From the IMG/VR virus record IMGVR_UViG_3300037780_000133: 49,109 bases of DNA; one strand, given 5' to 3'. A program made the position numbers and the translations under genes. The notes under the pieces are model-generated. The model made no database searches. It was not told where the DNA came from and saw nothing but the letters and a program-made list of their open reading frames with translations. Below, in pieces: positions 25,177 through 33,577 of the stretch. Position 1 is the stretch's first letter. Every line of letters begins with the position of its first letter. The stretch is from a virus.

Positions 25177-26011
25177 CAGGGACGCTCGGGAGGAACTCGA
25201 GCGATCCGAAATTCGACGGACAGGCCGGAAGTTCAGGCGACCCGCCTGTCCGCGATCGCTCATCGCGTCGCCAAACTGGCGATGGCGCGCGAGGCAGATC
25301 GATTGAAAAAGGTACGCCCAAGCCGGAACGTAATGACCGACCCGGATAGGTCAGCGAGAAACCGGGCTTGGGCGCGGCGATGACGGTCACACGCAAGTCA
25401 AAGACTGGGGGAGACGAGGGAAAATTACTTAGAAAACCCCGTCCGGGACGCCATCACCTCCGCTTTCAGGCTATTATGGCCCTATGGCAGATTTGAAAAA
25501 GTTGGGGCTCACCCTGCGCTGCCAGCGTCTGCTTGGCGGGCGAGCCCCGTTCTTAACGGGGGCAACAGCACGGCGTGACCGACCCGCCTCAGCGCAAGAG
25601 ACAGTTGCCGGATCGGCCTCACGTTCGTTTTGGTTTCCCGGTCACCCGGTCTCCTCAACTTGATCTGGCGCCGTCCCAACCGGGCTATCTCGCGGATCAA
25701 GTGCAGAGCGCCTTGCGAGCTAACTCTGACCCCCTCTCGGGTATTTTGAATGGGGCTGGCCCGCCTGCATGTACGAACCAGCCCCGGCCAGTGCGAGTAG
25801 AGTAAGCGCTGGCAAACTGAAATTATCGAGCGAGTTGGTCGATCAACTCCAACTGGGCCACCTTCCCAGCTCCACCGATCGGCAGTCGGTTTCTACGCCT
25901 GCATGTCTCCGATTTTCCACGCTGTCGCTCAAGCGCATGATGGCAATTCCCGTTACTTCACGCAACATAACCAACGGTCCCCCGCGGGCACTTTACATGC
26001 GATCTCCAAAA
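25177..26011 (-). ncRNA. ORF-free, hairpin-dense segment; candidate large structured RNA or other non-coding element. The strand is inferred from the flanking terminators.
   Basis: No convincing ORF in any of the six frames. There are at least 10 perfect 6-10 bp stems, and the segment is bracketed by two minus-strand terminator-like hairpins. Confidence 0.3.
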
Positions 26012-26026
26012 CCGAACGCCGTTCGG
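26008..26026 (-). terminator. Hairpin CCGAACGGCGTTCGG plus TTTT directly after the gpW stop (palindrome copy 3)
   Basis: The same 19-mer as at 27-45, but on the minus strand. It begins 1 nt after the TAA at 26028-26030. Confidence 0.4.
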
Positions 26027-26027
26027 A

Positions 26028-26261
26028 TTACAATCCTACCCGGATCCCGCCGTCCCGCGGAGCGTTGGCGCAGCCGCAATCCCGCGCCTCTTGTTCCAGG
26101 TCGCGGAGCTGCCGGCGAATTTCGTCGGGCGATGCGATATGGAAGCGGGCTTTGCTGCCGGCATATCCCGTCTCTTCAAGCACTTTTCCAGTCGACATAG
26201 CGGTCAATCGCGCTTTCAGAGCAGCGATGTCAGCCTCTATTTCGGTGCAAGATCTGGCCAT
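26028..26261 (-). CDS. Head-tail joining protein, gpW-like
   Basis: A 77-aa protein immediately downstream of the GpA terminase with a 1-nt overlap, as in lambda. Confidence 0.65.
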   Translation of the reverse strand: MARSCTEIEADIAALKARLTAMSTGKVLEETGYAGSKARFHIASPDEIRRQLRDLEQEARDCGCANAPRDGGIRVGL

Positions 26262-28438
26262 CAGCTAGTCCCTCCGTGTCCATGTTTGCGACCGAGTTCC
26301 TCGAGCCGGCGTTTGTCTTCATCGCTCAACCCTTCGGGCTTCGCGTCATCTTCTGCATCGGCCGGCGCTGCAGATCCACTCCACAGTTTCTCCAACCCAC
26401 CAGCACCGGCAAGCGTAGGGTCTTCCTCCGGTAAAACTGAGGCATATACGTCAGCCCAGCGTTCAAAATCCCAAGTGTCGATTTGAAGCGAGCACGCGGC
26501 GGCCAAATTGTAGACACCAAGATCCAGCGCCTCGTTCGGCTGTCCGCTAATCTTTACCCATTCGCCATATGGCTTTTTCGGGTCGCTGAAACTGAGTTTC
26601 TCCGCAGTGAGCTGTTTCGCTTCTTCCTCAGTTAGGTCACCTGGAAACAGGATAGCTCGCGACGGCAGGGACTTGCCTTTTTCGGCTCGCAAACCATCGC
26701 CCATTCCGCCGTAAAACCTGCCTTTCAAGGTGTGGCCGCCGACTTGTAGCGGTACGATTTTTGACACGGTCCGCTTGTTGATTTTGACCTTCTTCGGCGT
26801 CGACTGCGTGACCGCGGGCGCTTCGTGAGAATTTCGCCCTTTGGCCCCGAAAATCGCAAACACGCCTTCGGCCATGCGACCACGGCAGTACGCGTAGACT
26901 TCCTGCGTCCAGTTACCCGAGTCGACGAAACAGCGAGATGGCGCAGCCGCCTTGAACGCGGGCCCCGACCAGGTTTGTTTGCGCTGCGCGTCAAGATCTT
27001 TCCAAACCTGCAGTTTGGTTGGGTCGCCGGGCAGGATGCCTTTGGCCACCCTGAACCCGACTCCCCCGCGGCCCCAGGCGTAAACCGCCCATTCTAGACG
27101 GTTCACCTGGACGTCGACGGCCATGGTCAGCACCGCGCAGAATGGCGGCACTGTACCTTCTTCCCATACACGACCAGAGGCCTCGAGCAACGCTGCTACC
27201 TCGGGACGGTCAACAATTCCGTCGAAAGGCAAGCCAAGCGTTTGCTGAAAGAACACCTTGGCTTCAAAACGCCCCTCAACGACCTCTCGCCATTCGCGCC
27301 AGATCACGTTCCAGGCAATTTGCGGGTTCATGGCCTGCCAGATCTGGAAACTCGCCGGCCGGCCCTCGCAGTTTCTTGGGCTCACCCATCGGCGCCCCTC
27401 ACGACGGAACGCCCATCGATCGATCTCGTCGGCTGGAATGATCTCGGGTGGCTGCGGATTGTCTTCCCGATCGCTCGGGAAATACGGAACCCATCGGCCC
27501 TGTTGGATCATGTCATGGCGCTGGTAACTCTCAGCGAGCGCGCCGCAGCCCTGGTTCTCCTGTTCGGGCCCGGATGCCTTGCAGTAGAACCCAACAGTTT
27601 GGTCCGGATCCTCAGGGGTCGGACCGACCATATTTTCAAACTTTAGCGCGCTGAAATCGCCGCAATGTGGACATGGCACCACATATTGAGCCTGATCGCC
27701 TGCTTCAAATTCAGCGGTAACGCGGCACCCGCCGGCCTCTCCCTTCAGCGCCTTCTTTCCAGGCGTGGACGGAATGACCAGTTTGAATTCAGGTCCAAAA
27801 AACGTGCCGCGCTTACGGGCCTGGTCAATCGGGTGGCCGCGATTGTCGACGTCGTCATCGTACTCAGTCGCCTCTTCGGCCACAATGAAGCCAATCGAGA
27901 CCATTTGCAGCGGCTTCGAGGTGCCGGCGGAGTCGATAATCGCAAAACCACCAGGGAACCGCTTGAAGGATCCAGTCGACTTTTCGGAAGTTCGCCCGGT
28001 CTGGCTCGCGATCTTCCGCGTGATTTGCGGCGAGGCCTGCACAGTCGCGTCAAATTTGACCTTGTTGTATTTTTTCGCCTCGTCAGTCGACGGAAGCAAA
28101 TACAACATTGAACACGGCGACTGATCGACACGCGATAGGCCTGCATTCAGAGCGCATTCTGACTTTCCGGTTTGAGCGGATCCTCGGATTGTTACCGTTT
28201 GCACAGGATCTTCCGGGCCCATGCGATCCATCGGCACCTTCAGATAGGGCAAAAGGTCATTCGACCATTGCCCGGGCTTCGGGGATCCAGATTCAGCGCT
28301 AACGAAGCGATACTTCGCCGCCCATTCGTGAACCAGGAGCGGCTCTTCTACCGGCGCTTCCTCCGCGATCGCGCCGCCAACGACTGCGAATGCTGACGCG
28401 AGGCCAGTGAAGGTTTTCCGCAGCTCCTCCGGCGTCAT
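26261..28438 (-). CDS. Terminase large subunit, GpA family
   Basis: A 725-aa protein with Walker A-like GSAQTGKSE, and the size and layout typical of lambda gpA. Confidence 0.9.
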   Translation of the reverse strand: MTPEELRKTFTGLASAFAVVGGAIAEEAPVEEPLLVHEWAAKYRFVSAESGSPKPGQWSNDLLPYLKVPMDRMGPEDPVQTVTIRGSAQTGKSECALNAGLSRVDQSPCSMLYLLPSTDEAKKYNKVKFDATVQASPQITRKIASQTGRTSEKSTGSFKRFPGGFAIIDSAGTSKPLQMVSIGFIVAEEATEYDDDVDNRGHPIDQARKRGTFFGPEFKLVIPSTPGKKALKGEAGGCRVTAEFEAGDQAQYVVPCPHCGDFSALKFENMVGPTPEDPDQTVGFYCKASGPEQENQGCGALAESYQRHDMIQQGRWVPYFPSDREDNPQPPEIIPADEIDRWAFRREGRRWVSPRNCEGRPASFQIWQAMNPQIAWNVIWREWREVVEGRFEAKVFFQQTLGLPFDGIVDRPEVAALLEASGRVWEEGTVPPFCAVLTMAVDVQVNRLEWAVYAWGRGGVGFRVAKGILPGDPTKLQVWKDLDAQRKQTWSGPAFKAAAPSRCFVDSGNWTQEVYAYCRGRMAEGVFAIFGAKGRNSHEAPAVTQSTPKKVKINKRTVSKIVPLQVGGHTLKGRFYGGMGDGLRAEKGKSLPSRAILFPGDLTEEEAKQLTAEKLSFSDPKKPYGEWVKISGQPNEALDLGVYNLAAACSLQIDTWDFERWADVYASVLPEEDPTLAGAGGLEKLWSGSAAPADAEDDAKPEGLSDEDKRRLEELGRKHGHGGTS

Positions 28439-29187
28439 CCAGCCTGGGCCTCAGGAGCAAGATCGTCTCCTGACATCAGCTGATGTGCGAATTCTTCCAG
28501 CTGCTTGAAGCGATCGAGGGCTTCAGGGTTGGAATCCGTTATCTCGCGGCTGGCGGCGGCGGCAAAACCATTCCAACCGCCGCGAAACACATCGTCCAAG
28601 ATCGCTTTGACCTCTGCCGAGCGTTCTTCAGACGCGAACATGGCGGCAATGCGCTCAGCCGCGGGTCCGATGGCGCGCAAATGCTGCCCTTGTCCCTCCG
28701 CAATGGCGTATGCGATCGCAGCATGGGCGCTGGTGGCCGGGATCAGCAAGCCCTGAGCCTCATACTCGTTGCGTTCGAGCCGCATCGCCTCGTAGTGGGC
28801 TTTGCGGCGGGTTGGATCCAACGGGACAACCGTTCGATCCGCTTCCGGCTCGGGCTGGGCGGCCGCTGCATCGTCAGGCGTGTCAGGCTTCGCCTTCGGT
28901 TTTGGCGCCGCTGCTCGAACGGAATCCGGTACCGCGGGCTTCGCAGTCAGTCGCGAAGGCCGCTTATTGCTGGTCTCACCAGCGTGAATCGCGCCGCGAT
29001 AGTCATCACGGTACTTTTTGATCAGCGCTTCTGCATCAATGAACAGCGTGCGGCCGATTTTCTGGAATAGCTCAGGATATTTTTTGCGCTGGCGCGTAAT
29101 GGTTGAGAGGTGAACTTCGATGCCTTGGTCGGCGAAATACTTTTCGGTGTCCTTCCCGGAGCGCCAGCCGTCGGGAGCGCCTGACAT
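28435..29187 (-). CDS. Terminase small subunit (candidate)
   Basis: It has an ATGA overlap with TerL, an N-terminal HTH-like segment and a low-complexity linker. Confidence 0.55.
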   Translation of the reverse strand: MSGAPDGWRSGKDTEKYFADQGIEVHLSTITRQRKKYPELFQKIGRTLFIDAEALIKKYRDDYRGAIHAGETSNKRPSRLTAKPAVPDSVRAAAPKPKAKPDTPDDAAAAQPEPEADRTVVPLDPTRRKAHYEAMRLERNEYEAQGLLIPATSAHAAIAYAIAEGQGQHLRAIGPAAERIAAMFASEERSAEVKAILDDVFRGGWNGFAAAASREITDSNPEALDRFKQLEEFAHQLMSGDDLAPEAQAG

Positions 29188-29272
29188 GACGAAGATCTCC
29201 GATGGCTAAAGTTTGCATGGGTGGTACTAGGTTCCAAATACTTGCAGGTGTTTCGGCGATCTGGCTCTGGTG

Positions 29273-29292
29273 AAAAAAAACGCGCTTCGCGC
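29273..29292 (-). terminator. Weak hairpin plus T8 between the early operon and terS
   Basis: The minus strand reads CGCG-AAG-CGCG followed by TTTTTTTT. Confidence 0.4.
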
Positions 29293-29423
29293 CCCCGTAA
29301 CGTATTTGAACGCTGGAAGGACCCGAAACCGCAATAAACACGGGAAATCTGGCCGTCTGACATAGATTTTGGAATGTAGTTTTCCTGATGCCATACCGGC
29401 TCCCGGTCAACCATTATTTGCGA

Positions 29424-30278
29424 TCACCCTTTGCGTGCAAACATCGGTGCAATCGCGTCCAGCCCTGCAACCATCGAAGATCTGGATGCATCCTGAGCCA
29501 CTGAAATTTTTCCTCCGACATAGGCTTTGCATGCCGCCTTCAACCCCGAATCGCCACGAATCACCGCCGCGCAGACTTTCGAGAAACCAGCCTTGCCGGT
29601 CAGGCGCTCGCCCTCCGATTCGGTGACGGCGAGGAACGTTGGCCAAATGCCTTCGGTTTCACGCAGTCGATCAACCCGGGCAGCCATCCCCCCATCGCCG
29701 CCACGCCGGATAGACTTGGAAACCTTAGGCTCGAACGTCTTCACCGGGTCCTGTTTGCGCTTGTGCTTGTGCTTGGAATAAACCGCACGGTTCGCGACCT
29801 TCGAATGCGAGGCAACGATAGCCGCACCGGGATCTCGCCAATTGCTACCAACCATCGGCACCCCATCGAGCAGGCCATTGAGCCGCAATCCAATGTCGAG
29901 GTGAACCAACGTCAGTTCTTCGCAAGCGCCGACAGTCACGATGAAAGGGTGAACCGCTCGGCGCTGAGATCGCGCCTCAGCCAGGATCTCGTTGATGGTG
30001 ACATCCTTGCGGTGTTGATCCTTCAGCCGATCGGCAATTGCCCCTTCGATATCTCGGGCTTTGTCGTTCCACCCTCGTTTCTCGGCATCGTCACGCTGAT
30101 TGTACAGCTCGCCCAAGCTCACGAATGTTGCCTGAGGATTTGGCTCTGCTTCCGGCTCCGGCGCACGCGGTTGCTTGGGCGGCGCCGGTTGATTTCCCTG
30201 CGCATCAGCTTCCGGCTCGATGGTGATGTCATGGTCAGGGTAGAGATCCGCCGCTTTGATTTTCTTACGTTTCGACAT
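29424..30278 (-). CDS. Hypothetical protein, the last gene of the early operon; late-gene regulator candidate by position only
   Basis: ATG at 30278 with GGAGGG 7 nt upstream. Basic Lys-rich patches are present. Confidence 0.45.
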   Translation of the reverse strand: MSKRKKIKAADLYPDHDITIEPEADAQGNQPAPPKQPRAPEPEAEPNPQATFVSLGELYNQRDDAEKRGWNDKARDIEGAIADRLKDQHRKDVTINEILAEARSQRRAVHPFIVTVGACEELTLVHLDIGLRLNGLLDGVPMVGSNWRDPGAAIVASHSKVANRAVYSKHKHKRKQDPVKTFEPKVSKSIRRGGDGGMAARVDRLRETEGIWPTFLAVTESEGERLTGKAGFSKVCAAVIRGDSGLKAACKAYVGGKISVAQDASRSSMVAGLDAIAPMFARKG

Positions 30279-31449
30279 GACCACCCTCCGATGTCTGGGC
30301 CTCGTCTTCGGCGACATCGTCCCGTCGAACAGTGATCTGATATCCGTCAAATCCAAGGTCCTGAAGATTATCGACCAGCTTTGAGCCAATGATTTCGTGC
30401 AGCCTACCAACGTGCTCACCATCGGTGGCTGCGATCACCAGGCATTGTTCGATTTGCCAAACCCTGCACCCGAGCAAGGCCTCGCCGATATGAGCCCGCC
30501 ATTTGCCACTCCCGCCTAGACGGGCGGCGAGGTACTGAGCGCTGATCGATCTGAAGAATGGCAGGTCCGCCTGAGCACGATCCCCCTGAACCGCCATGCC
30601 GGAGTTTCCGCCTGGCAGTGACGGTTGCGATTTTGTCCACAGACTGGCGTCGCGTGCGCGTTTTTGAATCCCTTGGGGTGAATCATCCTTATAATGGTCC
30701 GTGGACAAAATGTCCGAGTAAGCGGACAAAATGTCCGAGTTAGCGTCCAGAAAACCTTTTTGCGGTCCTTCTTTTTCCACAGCCGAAGGGGCGAGCATTT
30801 CAACCCTGTCTTCAAACTGCAGCGCCGTGAGTTCACTCGCATGATCAAGGATCCGAGACGGCCAACCATCGAAGGCCGCAACAAGCCCGCTCTGACAGGC
30901 CTCTATCTCACGCGCCGCCTGGAACTCCTGTTCAGCCAAAAGTGCCCCCTGAAGCGCTGCGATGACGGCCGCACAATTCTCAGCAGTGGCTGGGGCGCCG
31001 ATCAGGTTTCGGCGCTCGAGCGCGCGTGCGGCGCCGGCCCCAATGCGCCGACGCGTGATCATGAGCCCACGAGCAAGCCACTGCAGGCGCTCCCAGTGGA
31101 CACGAAACAAACGCGCGTCATACGGCCCGCCGCGGCGAGCGTCGAGGTCGAGCACCAAATGCTGCAAGTCATCGCCAGACCAGGCCTCTAGAGCCCGTCG
31201 AAAGGATCTGCCGTCTTGACGTGCGACGATGCGAAGGCCGGCGAGAGAGCACGCAGAATACCCCGTCTGCGCATCGGTGAACATTGCCAGCGCCCCAAGC
31301 CAGCCCGCCCGCCCGGATGGCTCCAAGACGGCGTTTTGGGCGTTCAGCAACAACCGAACGCCGTTCGTTTTTTCGGATATACGTTTCCCGCTCACGGAAA
31401 CCCCCATGTTAAAAAAATTGGCCGAAGAATTGTGGACGCGGCGCCCCAT
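30265..31449 (-). CDS. Hypothetical protein containing internal iteron-like repeats; replication-initiator candidate. Start uncertain (31449, 31407 or 31284).
   Basis: A long ORF with no strong ribosome-binding site at any candidate start. Palindrome copy 4 lies in its 5' region. Confidence 0.4.
   Translation of the reverse strand: MGRRVHNSSANFFNMGVSVSGKRISEKTNGVRLLLNAQNAVLEPSGRAGWLGALAMFTDAQTGYSACSLAGLRIVARQDGRSFRRALEAWSGDDLQHLVLDLDARRGGPYDARLFRVHWERLQWLARGLMITRRRIGAGAARALERRNLIGAPATAENCAAVIAALQGALLAEQEFQAAREIEACQSGLVAAFDGWPSRILDHASELTALQFEDRVEMLAPSAVEKEGPQKGFLDANSDILSAYSDILSTDHYKDDSPQGIQKRARDASLWTKSQPSLPGGNSGMAVQGDRAQADLPFFRSISAQYLAARLGGSGKWRAHIGEALLGCRVWQIEQCLVIAATDGEHVGRLHEIIGSKLVDNLQDLGFDGYQITVRRDDVAEDEAQTSEGGHVET
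30703..30740. repeat. Two tandem 17-bp repeats, GGACAAAATGTCCGAGT, with 21-bp period; each contains the palindrome GGACA-AAA-TGTCC
   Basis: Read directly: 30703-30719 and 30724-30740. Confidence 0.7.
31354..31367. promoter_or_regulatory. Palindrome copy 4, CCGAACGCCGTTCG, followed by T6, with degenerate GGCGTT(C) half-sites at 31331-31346
   Basis: Read directly from the sequence. Confidence 0.5.
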
Positions 31450-31480
31450 ATTGCCCGCGTCGAGGATGCGGGGCTTGAAC

Positions 31481-31687
31481 CTATGGAGGCTTCAAAACCT
31501 TGTTGGGAGCAGCCTGGCGATGGATCGCGCCATACAGGCCGGATATCGCGCCGAAGAACGAGCTGATTGTGAACACGATCATGAGGGTCACAATCACCCA
31601 AACCAGACAGATTTGCTTGATGATCCAGCCGATGGTCTTGGCATGGCGAATGACGGATTGCCCAAGCTCAGAATCGATGATGCGCAT
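31481..31687 (-). CDS. Small membrane protein
   Basis: The ATG comes 1 nt after the upstream TAA. It has a central hydrophobic stretch of 25 or more residues. Confidence 0.45.
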   Translation of the reverse strand: MRIIDSELGQSVIRHAKTIGWIIKQICLVWVIVTLMIVFTISSFFGAISGLYGAIHRQAAPNKVLKPP

Positions 31688-31688
31688 C

Positions 31689-32375
31689 TTAACGATCACC
31701 CCCATCGATGTTTCCGCGGTGCACGGTATAGGTCAGCGCCACGACGTCCGGATTGTCTGACCAGGCCTCACCTTGTTTGGATCCGTGCAGCGTATCCCAC
31801 AGCTTCGCGAAGGCGTGCTTCGGTGAGTTCGCCAGCATCGCCGTTTCGGCATGCGGCCTACGATCCTCATCGAGGCGCCATGCGCCAGCATGGGCCCATT
31901 TGGTTGCACCGTCCCAGCCGAACGAACCCGAGATCATTCCCTCAGCCTCGGCCGCGTCGTCTGTCAGATCCTGCAGAGCTTCAAATGTGACATCCGTCAC
32001 GGAAAGCCATAGGCGAGACACCCATCGCGGCATGTGAATGCTCGGACGCCAATTCCCCTCGGCGCCGCTCTCCAGGTCATCTACCCATTGTGCCCAAAGA
32101 TACTTGTCACCGTGCGGGTGATCGTAATTCATCGATCCATCGTCGCAGAGATAAGTCGGGTCATCCATCAATGCCCATCGGTGCTTGTCCGCCCGATAGA
32201 GAATTCCCGGAGCGCCATAAAGGTTCACATCGCCGAATGCTTCGCGAACATAGAGTCGATCGCCTGGAACACACTTTGCGAGCGGGGATGAGGCGAGACG
32301 ACGCGTCTGCGTTTTTGCGTCAGACAGCATCGCCAATACCATCGGACCGGAGAAAATTACGGGACGGTCGGTCAT
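31689..32375 (-). CDS. Conserved phage protein
   Basis: The N-terminal motif PVIFSGPMVLAMLSDAKTQTRR is common in phage early regions. It has an ATGA overlap upstream. Confidence 0.5.
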   Translation of the reverse strand: MTDRPVIFSGPMVLAMLSDAKTQTRRLASSPLAKCVPGDRLYVREAFGDVNLYGAPGILYRADKHRWALMDDPTYLCDDGSMNYDHPHGDKYLWAQWVDDLESGAEGNWRPSIHMPRWVSRLWLSVTDVTFEALQDLTDDAAEAEGMISGSFGWDGATKWAHAGAWRLDEDRRPHAETAMLANSPKHAFAKLWDTLHGSKQGEAWSDNPDVVALTYTVHRGNIDGGDR

Positions 32376-32689
32376 GCTGAAGCCCCGCTCTCGGGCAACC
32401 AGGGATCCAGCAACTCTAGCAACTGACCTGTGTGCTCAGCCGCCAATCGAATTGCTTCGTGCACACCCTTCCAATGGACGCCAAATGGCAGTGTGCCGAC
32501 GAGGTAAGCTTTCTCGCTTGGGTCGTAATGCATCGCTTCGGGCCACAGCTCTGTGACGCGCGTCAAATCCAGCGAGGCCTGACAGGTACCAATGCCGAAA
32601 CACTCAACGAGATCGGAGCGGTTGATGCGCCCATGATCTTTCAGAACGGACAGCACGTACAAGCATCGAAACAGCTGTTGGTGGGTCAT
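32372..32689 (-). CDS. Winged-helix-like DNA-binding protein (candidate)
   Basis: The start at 32689 has an ATGA overlap. HTH-like segment RINRSDLVECFGIGTCQASLDL. Confidence 0.4.
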   Translation of the reverse strand: MTHQQLFRCLYVLSVLKDHGRINRSDLVECFGIGTCQASLDLTRVTELWPEAMHYDPSEKAYLVGTLPFGVHWKGVHEAIRLAAEHTGQLLELLDPWLPESGASA

Positions 32690-33303
32690 CGCGTGCGCCC
32701 TGTATTTTGCATAAACACGGCACTGTCCGCGGAGGCCTCCGCGTCTGGGCTCATATTCCATGCGAAAGCCGAGAACAGAGCGACATCCACCGGATCACCT
32801 TTAGCGCAATGGGCACGCATTTGCCGCCAGCACGACCAAGACCAGTTCTCTTCGTCCCAACCTGTTTTGCCCTTTAGTGCTTTGGAACGAACGAACTTGT
32901 CTTTCATTTTAAAGGCAAATGCATCGATCATTGCGAATGCGGCTCGCTGTTCCGCGCCGACGTTGCAGAGGCACGACGCTTCACGACAACCGCACGGTTT
33001 GGAAAACCGCTCAGTCGTGAAATGAGGATCCGTCCCCAGTGTCGGATCATCCAGGTGTTCCGCATCTTCAGGTCGCCCAAAGTCGTGAATTATGGATACG
33101 GCCACACGGACGATTTGTTCATCGTCCCCATCTTTGAAGCCACCGTTTTCAACCCACTGCTTCAGCGCCTGCTCATAGTCCCAACATACGCTGTCGACGA
33201 ATATCCCCTGACAACCGTTCACCAGCGCATATCCGTGAGCCGGATTGGTCACATGCGAGATTTTTTCGCGATCAAAATAGGGGCGGTTCGGATCTTCAGT
33301 CAT
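32686..33303 (-). CDS. Hypothetical protein; possible nucleotide pyrophosphohydrolase-like, with weak recognition
   Basis: ATG at 33303 overlaps the DUF4031 gene stop. C-terminal KGKTGW ... KGDPVDVA motif. Confidence 0.4.
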   Translation of the reverse strand: MTEDPNRPYFDREKISHVTNPAHGYALVNGCQGIFVDSVCWDYEQALKQWVENGGFKDGDDEQIVRVAVSIIHDFGRPEDAEHLDDPTLGTDPHFTTERFSKPCGCREASCLCNVGAEQRAAFAMIDAFAFKMKDKFVRSKALKGKTGWDEENWSWSCWRQMRAHCAKGDPVDVALFSAFAWNMSPDAEASADSAVFMQNTGRTR

Positions 33304-33577
33304 CGGCAATGGCCTTTCGCTTTTCGCGGGTTTTTCGAGCGAGATCCCGCATGGTGATTTCGACGGCACCCGCCGCGACCGCGACCGCTCGCTTAGACAT
33401 CGAAATGTCGAAATGTTCGTGAGGTGTGCCGGCCTTTTGAAGCCACTTGCGCTGAACGCCGATGCGATCAGCCATGGCGAGCAATTCCTCGGTGGTGTCA
33501 GCGATCATGTGGCACATTTTCATGCGCCCGAGCTTCCCCATTGGGGTGGTGTGCATATCGTCGACGTAAACTGTCAC
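33296..33577 (-). CDS. DUF4031-family protein
   Basis: MTVYVDDM ... MCHMIADT ... HFDIS pattern, about 93 aa. Confidence 0.6.
   Translation of the reverse strand: MTVYVDDMHTTPMGKLGRMKMCHMIADTTEELLAMADRIGVQRKWLQKAGTPHEHFDISMSKRAVAVAAGAVEITMRDLARKTREKRKAIADD

Noticed and set aside
25545-25561. Anticodon-arm-like hairpin CCCCG-TTCTTAA-CGGGG (CTT anticodon), suggesting a tRNA
   Set aside because: Flanking sequence cannot form acceptor, D or T arms in either orientation.
25121-26027. Group I or group II intron, tmRNA or RNase P RNA as the identity of the ORF-free insert
   Set aside because: Both flanking genes are complete with their own stop and start codons, so nothing is interrupted. I could not find a group II domain V-like AGC hairpin, a GUGYG 5' end, a tmRNA tag ORF or the RNase P GGAAAGUCCGGGC box. 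This is not excluded without covariance-model searches.
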